Made by a program: the position numbers and the translations under genes. A stretch of 64,000 nt of DNA from Candidatus Falkowbacteria bacterium (GTDB taxonomy: Bacteria; Patescibacteriota; Patescibacteriia; Patescibacteriales; UBA12465), in contig JBAXJX010000002.1 in NCBI GenBank assembly GCA_037137655.1, positions 165,730-229,729 on the forward strand, in the 5' to 3' direction. Each line of letters begins with the position of its first letter. Position 1 is the first letter of the stretch. Positions 43,684-53,863 of the stretch are shown here, one piece after another. The notes under the pieces are model-generated. The model was not told the origin of the DNA. It was given only the letters and a program-made list of their open reading frames with translations, and searched no databases.

Positions 43684-45063
43684 TTAGCCTAGGAAAAAAT
43701 AAAACAATAGCCCATAAATACTTATAAGATAAATTGAGGCTATGAGTAGTTTTTCTTGGCGACTGCTATTTTCTGGATTAGTTGCAAATATTATCAAAGT
43801 TAGAAGCAAAGAACAGAGATACCAGGGCATGAACCAAGTAAAAAAACTGGCGCAAATACCAACAAAAGCTAAAGTGGAAAATTTAATAAAAGTGATTGTA
43901 AGCTTATTTGGATCTTTGGAGGCTTGAGAAATCCGGGCTCGCCCAATAAGATAAATATAAAAAAATAGAAAAACAAGTCGACTGACAGTTACAGCCAATA
44001 AGTTGTAATTGTTAAATGACAGGTAATGAGTTGCGCCCCTAAAAAATAAAATTAATGGTGAGCATAGTAGTGCACTGGAGATGTTCGATTGTGCTGATAC
44101 GGACTTTAATGATTTGAAAATATTTAGGTCGAAGGGTAGATAGCTTAAAATAATCATTAAGCTACCTAATAAAAATAAGCTAAGGCTGTATTTAAGGCGT
44201 TGTCTTGTGGTGCTTATGTTATGTAGTGACAATAAATAAAAAAATGGCAGAATAAGTAATGCTGTGTACTTAATTAAAATTGCTGCCATTAAAGCCGCAA
44301 AGGAAAATAGATAATATGTGCGATTGTTATTTTTGACGGCCTTTTTAAAAAAGATAAAGGTTAAAAGTATAAATAAAATTACAAGTGATTCGTTGTGACC
44401 ATTAACAATTAATTCAAATAGTAATAAAGGATTAAAGGCAAGAAGATAAAAAGCTTTTTTACCAAAATGACGATAGACTAAATAAGCGCAAAGAATGGTG
44501 ATTAGAAAGAAAAATAATTTAAAGCTGAATATGGTTGCAATTAAATTATATTTAAAAATACTGCATAGCCCAGCACTAATAATTACGAAGAGCGGTCCAT
44601 AGGGAGTTGCTCTGTCGGTGGATTGCATGATTGATAGGTTGTGGTAGAAAGAATCGGAAATTAGAGTTTTGTAGGTAGTTACGAAAGGGTTGAGATGGCT
44701 AATGGCCATTACGCGCCCCTGATAAATATAAGCATAAATGTCGCTCGACCCGATCGGAAAGACAAATAATAATATGGCTCCGATAAAAATAAAAAATACA
44801 AAAAGAGCTTTGAATGAAAATTTTTCAGAGTATTTATAGAAAATTAAAGTGATAAATAGTTGAAACAGGAGAAGTAGGATGAAAATAATATGATCAGAGT
44901 AACCGATAAAGTTGGAGTAGATATTGTCCGGGCTTGTTATTGTATAATGGCTAAAGTTAAAAAAAATGAAGAAGACGGCGTAAATTATTAAGGTGGCTGA
45001 GCTAAAAAGTATTAGGCTTTGCTGTTCTTTAATTATTTTCCAAATGCTCTTGAATGTAGTCAT
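43684..45063 (-). CDS. Polytopic membrane protein, possible GT-C-type glycosyltransferase (DUF2029-like)
   Basis: 459 aa with at least 10 TM segments. The function is inferred only from size and topology. Confidence 0.4.
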   Translation of the reverse strand: MTTFKSIWKIIKEQQSLILFSSATLIIYAVFFIFFNFSHYTITSPDNIYSNFIGYSDHIIFILLLLFQLFITLIFYKYSEKFSFKALFVFFIFIGAILLFVFPIGSSDIYAYIYQGRVMAISHLNPFVTTYKTLISDSFYHNLSIMQSTDRATPYGPLFVIISAGLCSIFKYNLIATIFSFKLFFFLITILCAYLVYRHFGKKAFYLLAFNPLLLFELIVNGHNESLVILFILLTFIFFKKAVKNNNRTYYLFSFAALMAAILIKYTALLILPFFYLLSLHNISTTRQRLKYSLSLFLLGSLMIILSYLPFDLNIFKSLKSVSAQSNISSALLCSPLILFFRGATHYLSFNNYNLLAVTVSRLVFLFFYIYLIGRARISQASKDPNKLTITFIKFSTLAFVGICASFFTWFMPWYLCSLLLTLIIFATNPENSSRQEKLLIASIYLISIYGLLFYFFLG

Positions 45064-45595
45064 ATATTTTTTTTAGAGCTTCCTTTTTGCTTAACTCGCT
45101 TGTATCTATAATAAGATCGTAATTTTTATGATCATTAACATCTATATTATAATATTGTTGATAGCGTTTTTTATCACTGGTTAGACGACGACTATTACTG
45201 GCTAAAACATCTTCCCAAGTGGAGAGATTTTTGTCTTCATTGCGATCTTTAGCATTTTCTTGCAGTTCGTCAAAAATCCGTTTAGCACCAACTTTCGGGT
45301 CAACATCGATATAAATTTTTAGAGAATTAGGTATAAGATACCAAGAGGTGCGGCCCTCGATGATAAAATTATCTTGAGTTTGGCCGAGTTCTTTTTGATA
45401 ATCATCAACGAATTTGTCAGTTTCCGGGTTGGTTTCACCGAGTTTATTATATTCTGCCAAGGTTAATCCTAATTTTTTTGCCGCGGCGCGCCGTAAGCCA
45501 CCCATATAGTAACGGGGCCATTTTAGTTTTTTAGCCAAAGATTTGGCGAGAGTACTTTTACCGGAACCTTGCGCCCCGCTTATTGATATAATCAT
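45029..45595 (-). CDS. Cytidylate-kinase-family (AAA/NMP kinase) protein
   Basis: 188 aa with MIISISGAQGSGKSTLAKSLAKKL (P-loop) and a nucleoside monophosphate kinase-like layout. Confidence 0.65.
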   Translation of the reverse strand: MIISISGAQGSGKSTLAKSLAKKLKWPRYYMGGLRRAAAKKLGLTLAEYNKLGETNPETDKFVDDYQKELGQTQDNFIIEGRTSWYLIPNSLKIYIDVDPKVGAKRIFDELQENAKDRNEDKNLSTWEDVLASNSRRLTSDKKRYQQYYNIDVNDHKNYDLIIDTSELSKKEALKKIYDYIQEHLENN

Positions 45596-45670
45596 ATTAA
45601 CATATTATAATATTGTTAAGCTAATTCGTAAAGTTTATTCACGAATTTTTATTTTTTTAACTTTTCCCTT

Positions 45671-48600
45671 ATGTATTTAGAGAAACTGGAAATCCAAGGT
45701 TTTAAATCTTTTGCCAATAAAAATAAATTAATCTTCCCTGGCATGCTTGATAAAACTCATCGTGGCATCACGGGCATCGTTGGTCCAAACGGATCCGGTA
45801 AGTCTAATGTGGCCGATGCGATTCGCTGGGCATTGGGAGAACAAAGTATTAAAACTTTGCGTGGTAAAAAAAGTGAAGACGTGATTTTCTCCGGTTCAGA
45901 TAAAAAAGGTCAACTAGGCATGGCCGAAGTTTCACTTTATTTAAATAATAGTGATCGCAAAATTAAACAACCTTTGTTGATTGAAGAAATTGAGAATAAG
46001 GAAGCGCCTGATGAGAATATTTCTGAAGAGGAAAAAACTAAACAAGTTAAAACTAAGAGCGAGGAAAGCATCGTGGAAAATATTCTAAGTAAATCAGAAA
46101 TAATTTTAACTCGTCGCATTTACCGCGATGGTAATAGTGAATATTTAATTAATAATGTTCGCGCTCGTTTAACGGATGTACAAATGTTGCTCGCCAAAGC
46201 GAACTTTGGTCAAAAGACTTATAGTGTGATTGGGCAAGGTTTGGTGGAAGGTTTTTTAAATACTAGTTTGGCGGAACGTAAAGATTTTTTTGATGAAGCG
46301 ACTGGCGTGAAACAATATCAAATTAAACGTGACATCGCTTTAAACAAATTACAGGGCAGTTACGAAAATTTAAATCAAGTTGAAATATTACTAAATGAAA
46401 TTGAACCACGTCTAAAGAGTTTGACGCGCCAAGTGGAAAAATTGAAAAAACGCTCTGAGTTAGAAGAGTCTTTAGGTACAATTCAAATCGATTATTACCG
46501 CCAGTCGTGGCATGAATTGAATGATCGTTTTCATGAATATAATGCGAAATTTTTAGATTTGGAAAAAGTAAAAGCCGAAAAGGAAGATAAAATGGCAACT
46601 CTTAATGTGGAGTTGAGCCAAATCGAAAACCAACCTTCTATTGGTACAGAATTTAATGAGTTGCAAGCGAAAATTTCTGAGTTGCGTAATAATAAAGATA
46701 ATCTTGGTAAACAATTGTGGCGCTTGGAGTCATGGTTGAAGTTGCAAGTAGAAATGCCAAATTTTGGTAACCCGAAGGAGTTGGAGGCACAAAAAGAAGA
46801 GGTTAATACTAAGATCACAGTACTACAAACTGAATTAGAAACGATTAAACAAGGTGAGGTTGATAATCAAACTTTGACGGCGCAAAGAAATTTAGTTTTA
46901 GAAACCCAAAGTGCTAGTGATCGTATTGAAAAAGAAATTGCGAAATTAAATGCGTGGTTGGAAATGAAAATGGAATCCCAAGGTCAATTTGATTTGTCTT
47001 TTTTAAATAATAAAAAACAAGAATTGGAAAAGGAAAGTTTGGGAATTGATGAGGAAATAAATCAAAACCAAAATTTCATTGAAACGAAAAAATTAAAAGC
47101 TCAACAATTAGTGGAGGATCGTAATCGCTTAAGCAATCAGATTTCCGAATTGAATCGTGAATTAATGAAGGTCAGCTTAAAAGTGGGTGATGATGAAATC
47201 AACAAAATTAATGCTCAACTCCAATCATCTTTGCATAAGTTAGTGGCAGCGGAAGCAGAAATGGATATTGCTAAAGTGCGCTTGGCTTTAAATGAAATTC
47301 GCGCCGAGTTGCAAGAAATTTTAGATCTTTCGACTGGTTCAAAGAGTCGCTCGACCTTAGAAAAATTACAAAAAGAATTATCTGGCTTAACTGATGATAA
47401 AGAAAATTTGGCTAATGAAATAAACACTCTAAACTTGGAAGTAAATGGTAAGCAACAATTATCTCGCATGTTATCAGATAAGAAGCAGCAAAATGCTAAA
47501 GAGTTAGATGGTATTTCCAAAAAATTAATTCAATCCCAAACTGCAGTTAATACGAAAGACGTGGAAAAACAACGGGATGATTTAAGTGTTCAAGCGGAAG
47601 AATTAAATAAAAAATTACAAAGCGCCAAGGAAACTCTAAGTAAAACTACTTGGGAGGCGGAAGCGCGCCGCGATCAATTGTTTAGTAAACAACGAGAGAT
47701 CCAATATTGGCAAGGGGAGATGAATAAACTTAATAATGAGTTAAATGATATTCGCCTTAACCATGCTAAATTTGAAACTCGTTTGGAGGATTTAGAGTCT
47801 AGCTTGCGTCGTTATAAATTAACGGAAGATTTGGAAAATATTAATGAAGTTAATGTTCGCTTGGAAGAAAAAACTTGTCGCGATAAAATGACTTTCTTAA
47901 ATCAAGAAATTACTACTCGACAAGCTAAGATCGATCAATTTAATGCCGAACAGGAAACTAAGCGTCATTATTTATTAAGTTTACAGAAGAATATTCAGGG
48001 CTTGCAGATGGAAATTAATGGTTTGTCCAATCAACTAAATGATTTGAAAATTCAAGCGACGCGCCAAGAAACTAAATTGGAAGATTTGGAAAATAATATT
48101 CGCGCCAATAATTTGGATATTCAAAAAATTCGCGCTGACCGTACGGCGATTGAAATCGATATGGCTCGGGCCGCAGAAGAAATTGGTCGTTTGCGTCATC
48201 AATTGGAACAAATTGGTGGTATTGATCCTGAGGTTAGTACGGAATATGAAAACACCAAAGAACGTTATGATTTCTTGTTTGGCCAAACCACAGATTTAAA
48301 TGGTGCGATCAAATCACTCGAAAAAATTATTTATGAATTGGATGTGACGATTAAAGCTAAGTTTGATGTCGAGTTTGATATTATTTCTGAGAAGTTTACG
48401 GAATATTTTAAAATTTTATTTAATGGTGGTAATGCGCGCATCGTGAAAGTGATGGCGAGCGACGAAGCGATGGATGATGATTCTGGTGTCGGTGAAGAAA
48501 CACAAAAATCTTTAACAGCTGATGAAAAAGCACAACTTAATTATAATAATAGTAATCGTTTGAAATTCTTGAAGCGTCACAATGCTACTGGTTTGGCTGG

Positions 48601-48943
48601 CATTGAAATTGAAGCGACACCTCCAGGTAAAAAGATTAAATCGATTTCGATGTTGTCTGGCGGCGAACGCGCTTTAACGGCGATTGCTTTAATCTCGGCG
48701 ATTATTTCTAACAACCCATCACCGTTTGTCGTGCTCGATGAAGTTGATGCCGCGCTTGATGAAGCTAATTCGGAACGCTTAGCAAAAATTTTGGATGACT
48801 TATCAAACAAAACTCAATTCATTGTGATCACTCATAATCGTGCGCCGATGCGCAAAGCTAGTGTGCTGTACGGTATTACCATGCAAGCTGATGGTATCAG
48901 CCAATTGCTCAGCGTGAAGTTGGATGATATTAAAATGGATTAA
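45671..48943 (+). CDS. smc: Chromosome partition protein Smc
   Basis: 1090 aa. N-terminal FKSF...[25 protein letters not shown], a long coiled coil, and the C-terminal signature [14 protein letters not shown] plus Walker [13 protein letters not shown]. Confidence 0.95.
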   Translation: MYLEKLEIQGFKSFANKNKLIFPGMLDKTHRGITGIVGPNGSGKSNVADAIRWALGEQSIKTLRGKKSEDVIFSGSDKKGQLGMAEVSLYLNNSDRKIKQPLLIEEIENKEAPDENISEEEKTKQVKTKSEESIVENILSKSEIILTRRIYRDGNSEYLINNVRARLTDVQMLLAKANFGQKTYSVIGQGLVEGFLNTSLAERKDFFDEATGVKQYQIKRDIALNKLQGSYENLNQVEILLNEIEPRLKSLTRQVEKLKKRSELEESLGTIQIDYYRQSWHELNDRFHEYNAKFLDLEKVKAEKEDKMATLNVELSQIENQPSIGTEFNELQAKISELRNNKDNLGKQLWRLESWLKLQVEMPNFGNPKELEAQKEEVNTKITVLQTELETIKQGEVDNQTLTAQRNLVLETQSASDRIEKEIAKLNAWLEMKMESQGQFDLSFLNNKKQELEKESLGIDEEINQNQNFIETKKLKAQQLVEDRNRLSNQISELNRELMKVSLKVGDDEINKINAQLQSSLHKLVAAEAEMDIAKVRLALNEIRAELQEILDLSTGSKSRSTLEKLQKELSGLTDDKENLANEINTLNLEVNGKQQLSRMLSDKKQQNAKELDGISKKLIQSQTAVNTKDVEKQRDDLSVQAEELNKKLQSAKETLSKTTWEAEARRDQLFSKQREIQYWQGEMNKLNNELNDIRLNHAKFETRLEDLESSLRRYKLTEDLENINEVNVRLEEKTCRDKMTFLNQEITTRQAKIDQFNAEQETKRHYLLSLQKNIQGLQMEINGLSNQLNDLKIQATRQETKLEDLENNIRANNLDIQKIRADRTAIEIDMARAAEEIGRLRHQLEQIGGIDPEVSTEYENTKERYDFLFGQTTDLNGAIKSLEKIIYELDVTIKAKFDVEFDIISEKFTEYFKILFNGGNARIVKVMASDEAMDDDSGVGEETQKSLTADEKAQLNYNNSNRLKFLKRHNATGLAGIEIEATPPGKKIKSISMLSGGERALTAIALISAIISNNPSPFVVLDEVDAALDEANSERLAKILDDLSNKTQFIVITHNRAPMRKASVLYGITMQADGISQLLSVKLDDIKMD

Positions 48944-48961
48944 TTTAAAACTGCTGCAAAT

Positions 48962-48997
48962 AAAAAACGACCTTCGTGAGAGGGTCGTTTTGGTTTT
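48962..48997. terminator. Intrinsic terminator, copy 1 of a repeated terminator module
   Basis: aaaaaacgaccttc-gtgaga-gggtcgttttggtttt matches 33 of 36 positions with 51526-51561. Confidence 0.75.
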
Positions 48998-49008
48998 TAG
49001 GGAAAAAA

Positions 49009-49209
49009 TTATGGATGCATAGTTAGTGCGTATTCGTGGTTTTTGCCACAAAAAGAACAGGCCACTATTATAGTTTTCCATGATTTTGATTCTTCTCCTG
49101 AAGGGCCGCTTTCTTTGGCCTCCCAAACGTTTTTTGTCATAGTTCCATTTCCAATGATTGGGCTTTTTACTGGTTCTTTAGCTTGTGGGCAAACATGATT
49201 TATTTCCAT
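49009..49209 (-). CDS. Hypothetical small protein
   Basis: 66-aa ORF downstream of the 49242-49616 gene in the same orientation. It contains HVCP...CSFCGKNH. Confidence 0.45.
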   Translation of the reverse strand: MEINHVCPQAKEPVKSPIIGNGTMTKNVWEAKESGPSGEESKSWKTIIVACSFCGKNHEYALTMHP

Positions 49210-49241
49210 TGTATTTTTAATTTTTAATGTTCAACACTCCG

Positions 49242-49616
49242 TTAATTGATTTTTGTTACAGATCCAACTCGCCAGCCAAAGCTAGAATCGTAATAAAAAA
49301 AGATTTTAAATTCATGTATACCATCATTCTCATAAATTAAGCCTGGCTCACCGTGTGCAAAAAAATTACAAAAGCTTTGTGTAGCCTCCTCAATCGTTTC
49401 GCCTACAAAGTTAAGTTGCCTTGTATTATTGCGATCAGTAAAGGTGGCGACTGTGGTTTGCATGTTTTTCCCCAAGCAAAATTTTCCATTAGTTTGAACC
49501 CAAATGTCAAAGTGAAAACATATTTTTTCTCCAGTTTTTTCTAAAACATTTCTTGAAATTGCCAGTTGCAATCTTAAGATTTCATTAATTGCATTTTTTT
49601 GGTCTTTTATTTCCAT
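49242..49616 (-). CDS. Hypothetical protein (ORFan)
   Basis: 124-aa ORF with the promoter at 49662-49690. Confidence 0.6.
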   Translation of the reverse strand: MEIKDQKNAINEILRLQLAISRNVLEKTGEKICFHFDIWVQTNGKFCLGKNMQTTVATFTDRNNTRQLNFVGETIEEATQSFCNFFAHGEPGLIYENDGIHEFKIFFYYDSSFGWRVGSVTKIN

Positions 49617-49661
49617 GACTTATAGATTTTAAAAGTTCGTACGTTATTTGATTGATTTTGT

Positions 49662-49690
49662 ATATTACAATTTTTAATTAAGAATGTCAA
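49662..49690 (-). promoter_or_regulatory. Sigma70-type promoter for the 49616 operon
   Basis: Minus strand reads TTGACA-ttcttaattaaaaattg(17)-TAATAT. Confidence 0.6.
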
Positions 49691-49790
49691 ATAAATGCCA
49701 CTAAATTCTAATTGACTTTCCTTGATTCGTGTGGTAATTTTAAAAATCAACTTAGTTTATTTAGTTTATTAACAATTTAATTTTATAGTC

Positions 49791-50183
49791 ATGAGAAATA
49801 TTATTATTGTTCAATCGGTGCCGGATGCCTTGGAAGAGGTAAAAAAATCTATAGAAATTTATTTGCCAAAGATCGAAAATGTTATCTATCAACATAATTT
49901 TGAAAAAACTTTGGCGGAAATTCCAAACACTGGTGAGCTTATTGTTATTGCTAGTGATGCCTATCATGATGACGATAACAAAAAATTTACTGCCGCCGAA
50001 AAGGATGGCAGTCGCTTAGCCGAAGAGATTAAAAAAATAAATCCAGCAGCTAAAGTTTATATATTTTCTACTTACAATCCGCGCCTGGATTTCGTCGACG
50101 GTCATTTTCTAAAATCTAATCATGGCGATGATGTTTTTGTGGAAATATTGCAAATTTTTCGTCATTTAGGATTAGATTCTTAA
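49791..50183 (+). CDS. Hypothetical protein, possibly a degenerate CheY-like receiver fold
   Basis: 130 aa with the pattern IIIVQS...LIVIASDAYHDDD...KVYIFSTY...FLKSN. This resembles receiver beta1/beta3/beta4/beta5 landmarks but lacks the N-terminal acidic pair. Confidence 0.5.
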   Translation: MRNIIIVQSVPDALEEVKKSIEIYLPKIENVIYQHNFEKTLAEIPNTGELIVIASDAYHDDDNKKFTAAEKDGSRLAEEIKKINPAAKVYIFSTYNPRLDFVDGHFLKSNHGDDVFVEILQIFRHLGLDS

Positions 50184-50263
50184 GCAAAGTGAACTTTAAT
50201 TTTCCAGTTGTTAAAACCACTAGAACAGTGTTATTATGACAAAGAATGTCATTAATTTGTTTA

Positions 50264-50296
50264 AAGGCTTTTGTGTAAACACAAGAGCCTTTTTTA
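50264..50296 (+). terminator. Intrinsic terminator after the 49791 gene
   Basis: 10-bp stem ggcttttgtg/cacaagagcc, loop taaa, then tttttt. Confidence 0.75.
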
Positions 50297-50373
50297 TATC
50301 TACCATCAACTATTTTTATTGTTTTATTTTTTTTGCTATAATATTAGCAGTATTATAAACTCATTTAAAAATT

Positions 50374-51510
50374 ATGAAAAAACAATTTGGCGTTTTTTTG
50401 GCGGTGGCGTTTATGGTGGTGTTTATTCCGGCTCATCAATCTCGAGCGGCGGAATCATCCACGAAGTTAAATGGTCGTATTCTTTTGCAAGTTGAGTCTC
50501 ATGGTGAGGCTTGGTATGTTAATCCGAAAGATAGTAAACGGTATTATATGGCGGATGGTTCATCGGCCTATAAAATTATGCGTAATCTTGGGGTTGGAAT
50601 CGCTAATAAGGATTTAGATAAAATAAAAGCTGACAAAAATTTTGCCAAAAAGAATCAAGGTAAGATTTTTTTACAAGTCGAAAGTCATGGCGAAGCTTAT
50701 TATATTGATATCAACGGTAACGCTCATTATTTGAAAGATGGCGCCGCGGCTTATGGTATCATGCGCGATTTGGGGTTAGGTATTAAAAATAGTGATCTAG
50801 GTAAAATCACTTCATCTGCAACTGGTCTACAATTGGTGTTGAAAGATTTTGGCATGCCAGATGTTCATTATTTACAACCAACAATTAAAGAAATTGAATT
50901 AAAAAATGTGGCCGGGGTGTGGGTAAAAATTTGGAGTAGCGCCACTGGCACAGCCGTGCGCTTAACACCGGATGGCGCGGAAACAACTTTGGACACGGTT
51001 AGCGTTCCGGCTGGAACTTACAATGGTACACGATTATTTGTCAGCACAATGGATGTCGGCGTTGACGTTAACCGGGATGGTGATATTTTAGATAAAAATG
51101 TGCAAACAATTTTAACGGTAGCTGAATTTAATGCTTTGCCAGCTAAAGAAAGACCAAATGCTCCAATGTCACCACTAGCTTCTAGTACATCAATTACCAC
51201 AACAACTTTAAGTGTTAGTGGTAGTAAAGACTCAGGTAAGGATAAGCCATCTAAACCTTCAGAGCCAAGCGCGCCATCCGAACCAGCAGCACCTTACACT
51301 ATTAAAGACGGCTATGTTTATTTGCCAGAATATCAAGATGAGGAACATACCGATACAATTAACAATTATATTATTCCTCAATTCCCAAGTAGCTTCGTTT
51401 ATGATGGTGGCGCTGGTAAGATCGTCTACGACTTTACTTTGCACCCATTGTTGCCACGCGGTCAACACATTTCCATTGAAGCCTCAGTTTCAACTTCAAC
51501 CCCAGAATAA
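50374..51510 (+). CDS. Secreted protein with two tandem ~55-aa repeats, a central beta-rich region and an S/T/P-rich linker
   Basis: 378 aa with a signal peptide. The repeats are GRILLQVESHGEAWYVNP...YKIMRNLGVGIANKDLDKI and GKIFLQVESHGEAYYIDI...YGIMRDLGLGIKNSDLGKI. The linker reads KPSKPSEPSAPSEPAAP. Confidence 0.7.
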   Translation: MKKQFGVFLAVAFMVVFIPAHQSRAAESSTKLNGRILLQVESHGEAWYVNPKDSKRYYMADGSSAYKIMRNLGVGIANKDLDKIKADKNFAKKNQGKIFLQVESHGEAYYIDINGNAHYLKDGAAAYGIMRDLGLGIKNSDLGKITSSATGLQLVLKDFGMPDVHYLQPTIKEIELKNVAGVWVKIWSSATGTAVRLTPDGAETTLDTVSVPAGTYNGTRLFVSTMDVGVDVNRDGDILDKNVQTILTVAEFNALPAKERPNAPMSPLASSTSITTTTLSVSGSKDSGKDKPSKPSEPSAPSEPAAPYTIKDGYVYLPEYQDEEHTDTINNYIIPQFPSSFVYDGGAGKIVYDFTLHPLLPRGQHISIEASVSTSTPE

Positions 51511-51525
51511 TTATAAATCTGAAAC

Positions 51526-51561
51526 AAAAAAACGACCTTCATCTGAGGGTCGTTTTGGTTT
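51526..51561 (+). terminator. Intrinsic terminator, copy 2 of the repeated terminator module
   Basis: Reads aaaaaacgaccttc-atctga-gggtcgttttggtttt. Confidence 0.75.
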
Positions 51562-51572
51562 TAATAAATTGA

Positions 51573-51601
51573 TTGACAGTAATTTAGCTTTTTGCTATAT
51601 T
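51573..51601 (+). promoter_or_regulatory. Sigma70-type promoter for the 51648 gene
   Basis: Reads TTGACA-gtaatttagctttttgc(17)-TATATT. Confidence 0.65.
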
Positions 51602-51647
51602 TTTTGGATTACTTTAACAATTTAATATTTAAAAACAGGAGGTTAAA

Positions 51648-51935
51648 ATGCAAGTGTTTAAAGAATTAAAAAAATTTGAAGATTATAAAGGATTAAATTT
51701 AGAAAATTTTCGCATTCATGAGTATACCCATCTTTTTGTTATCGATCAGTCTAGGGAGCTACAAGGAATATCTCATTGTCTGGGTTTTTTTGAATCTCCG
51801 ACTACAGCCAATCAAGTACTTGAAGAACAAAAACTTGAAGGGGTGTGGTGTCAAATTGAAATAGTTTCTATTCTGACTGATGGTAAAATTGGTTTTAGAA
51901 TTGGAAATCCGGTGGAAATAGTTCAGGAAAAATGA
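51648..51935 (+). CDS. Hypothetical small protein
   Basis: 95 aa. A strong SD (aggagg) lies 5 nt upstream of the ATG. Confidence 0.65.
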   Translation: MQVFKELKKFEDYKGLNLENFRIHEYTHLFVIDQSRELQGISHCLGFFESPTTANQVLEEQKLEGVWCQIEIVSILTDGKIGFRIGNPVEIVQEK

Positions 51936-52046
51936 TTTAAATATAAGGTCTTTGTTCAAAAAAACAAGGCCTTTTTTATTACTTAACTAGATTTTTTTAC
52001 CTGATTTTGCTATAGTTTTATTAAGAAAAATACACTAAATAAAAAT

Positions 52047-53843
52047 ATGGCCAATAAAACTATTAATGATAACAAATGGAATTTTAACACTTTAACGAAA
52101 GTTGATTTTGCTAAAAAGCGCCAAATAATAAGTTTGGTGCATGATAAATTTATTGCTAAGTGGCAAAAGAATCGCGATTGGCTACAAAGCCCATTGGTTT
52201 TGCAAAAAGCTTTAGTTGAATTTGAAAAATTGCGTGAAACTTACTCGGGCGGCGCGGAAGAGTCTTTTTATTATGGCTTGAGATCCGAAGTGGAAGAAAA
52301 TAATACGGAGGTTAAAGCTAAATTTAATCAGGTGAATGATTTTGTTTTGGGTTTGGAAAATAAACTGCAATTTTTTGAACTTGGTTTGGCGCGTTTACCA
52401 AAAAATACCCAAACTAAATTTTTGCGTGCTAAAAATTTACAGACCTATAAACATTTTTTGGAAAAAATATTTGCTAGCTCTAAATATTTATTAAGTGATG
52501 AGGAGGAAAAATTAATGCGCCTAAAAAGTCAAAGCTCTTATTATAATTGGGTTAAAATGACCTCGGAATTTTTATCAGCGGAAACAGCCATGGTCTTAAA
52601 CGAGAATGGTAAACTGGTTAAAAAATCATTTTCAGAAATTTCTAATCTTAGTAAAAATCAAAATAAGAAAGTGCGCGATGATGCGGCTAAAAAATTAAAT
52701 CAGATTTTAAGTAAAAATATTAAGGTGGGGGAGAATGAGATAAATTCGATTTTGGCTGATAAAAAAGTTAATGATGAATTGCGTCAAATGCCGCGGCCGG
52801 ATTTTTCCCGTCATCTACATGATGATATTGATAGTGTGACGGTTGATACGATGATAAAAATTGTGGCGGCCAATTTCTCGGTGGCTAAAAAATATTATCA
52901 ACTCAAGGCTAAGTTGTTGAAGGTTAAAAAATTGAAATATCACGAAAGAAGCGTGTCATTGGGAGATGTTAAAATTAAATATAGTTATGAAAAAGCTAAA
53001 AATTTATTGCGTGCTGTATTAGAAAATTTGGATACTGATTTTTTAAAAGTATTCAATAACTTTGATGAGCAGGGTTTGATTGATATTTATCCACGATCAG
53101 GTAAAACCTCCGGTGCCTTTTGTGCAGCTGAATTACGGTCTCTACCAACTTTTATTATGTTGAATCATAATGAGACACTTAATGATGTTCTAACTTTAGC
53201 ACATGAAGTTGGTCACGGTATTAACAATGAAATGATGCGCCAAAAACAAAGCGCTTTAAATTTTGGTACGACCCTTGCGACGGCGGAAGTGTCCAGTACT
53301 TTTTTTGAGGATTTTATTTTGAAAAATATTTTACGCGATTGCTCGGATGAGGTGCGCTTGGAAATTTTAATGGAAAAATTAAATAATGACGTGAGCACGA
53401 TTTTCCGCCAAGCGGCGCTGTATTTGTTTGAACAAGAATTACACCAAGAATTTAGAGCGAAAGGTTATTTGAGTGCGACGGAAATCGGGGCGCTATTTAA
53501 AAAGCACATGGTGGCTTATATGGGTGAATATGTGGAGCAAAGTCCGGGCTCCGAGAATTGGTGGTTGCAATGGTCCCATATTCGAAATTATTTTTATGTT
53601 TATTCTTATGTGAGTGGCTTATTAATTTCCAAACATTTCCAGAAAAAAGTCGCGGCGGACAAAAAATTTGTCGAGAAAGTAAAATACTTTTTATCGGCCG
53701 GATTATCAGAAGCACCGCAAGATATTTTTGCGCACATGGGAATTAATATTAACGATGGCGCTTTTTGGCAGGAAGGAATTAAAGAAATTAAAAGTTTATT
53801 AGCCGAAACTGAAAAATTGGCCAAGAAGTTGAAGAAGATATAA
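52047..53843 (+). CDS. pepF: Oligoendopeptidase F-family (M3B) metallopeptidase
   Basis: 598 aa with the zinc motif LAHEVGHGI (HExxH) and typical M3B size. Confidence 0.85.
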   Translation: MANKTINDNKWNFNTLTKVDFAKKRQIISLVHDKFIAKWQKNRDWLQSPLVLQKALVEFEKLRETYSGGAEESFYYGLRSEVEENNTEVKAKFNQVNDFVLGLENKLQFFELGLARLPKNTQTKFLRAKNLQTYKHFLEKIFASSKYLLSDEEEKLMRLKSQSSYYNWVKMTSEFLSAETAMVLNENGKLVKKSFSEISNLSKNQNKKVRDDAAKKLNQILSKNIKVGENEINSILADKKVNDELRQMPRPDFSRHLHDDIDSVTVDTMIKIVAANFSVAKKYYQLKAKLLKVKKLKYHERSVSLGDVKIKYSYEKAKNLLRAVLENLDTDFLKVFNNFDEQGLIDIYPRSGKTSGAFCAAELRSLPTFIMLNHNETLNDVLTLAHEVGHGINNEMMRQKQSALNFGTTLATAEVSSTFFEDFILKNILRDCSDEVRLEILMEKLNNDVSTIFRQAALYLFEQELHQEFRAKGYLSATEIGALFKKHMVAYMGEYVEQSPGSENWWLQWSHIRNYFYVYSYVSGLLISKHFQKKVAADKKFVEKVKYFLSAGLSEAPQDIFAHMGININDGAFWQEGIKEIKSLLAETEKLAKKLKKI

Positions 53844-53863
53844 AATTAATAATTATAGATAAT

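Noticed and set aside
45937-48810. Several 60-100-aa minus-strand ORFs inside smc.
   Set aside because: They are antisense to an uninterrupted 1090-aa SMC reading frame with both head motifs. This is an expected artefact of AT-rich coiled-coil coding sequence.
49009-49209. CSFCGK motif reminiscent of the ClpX N-terminal zinc-binding domain.
   Set aside because: Only one CxxC pair is in the right context, there is no AAA+ domain, and the protein is only 66 aa. The similarity is too short to support homology.
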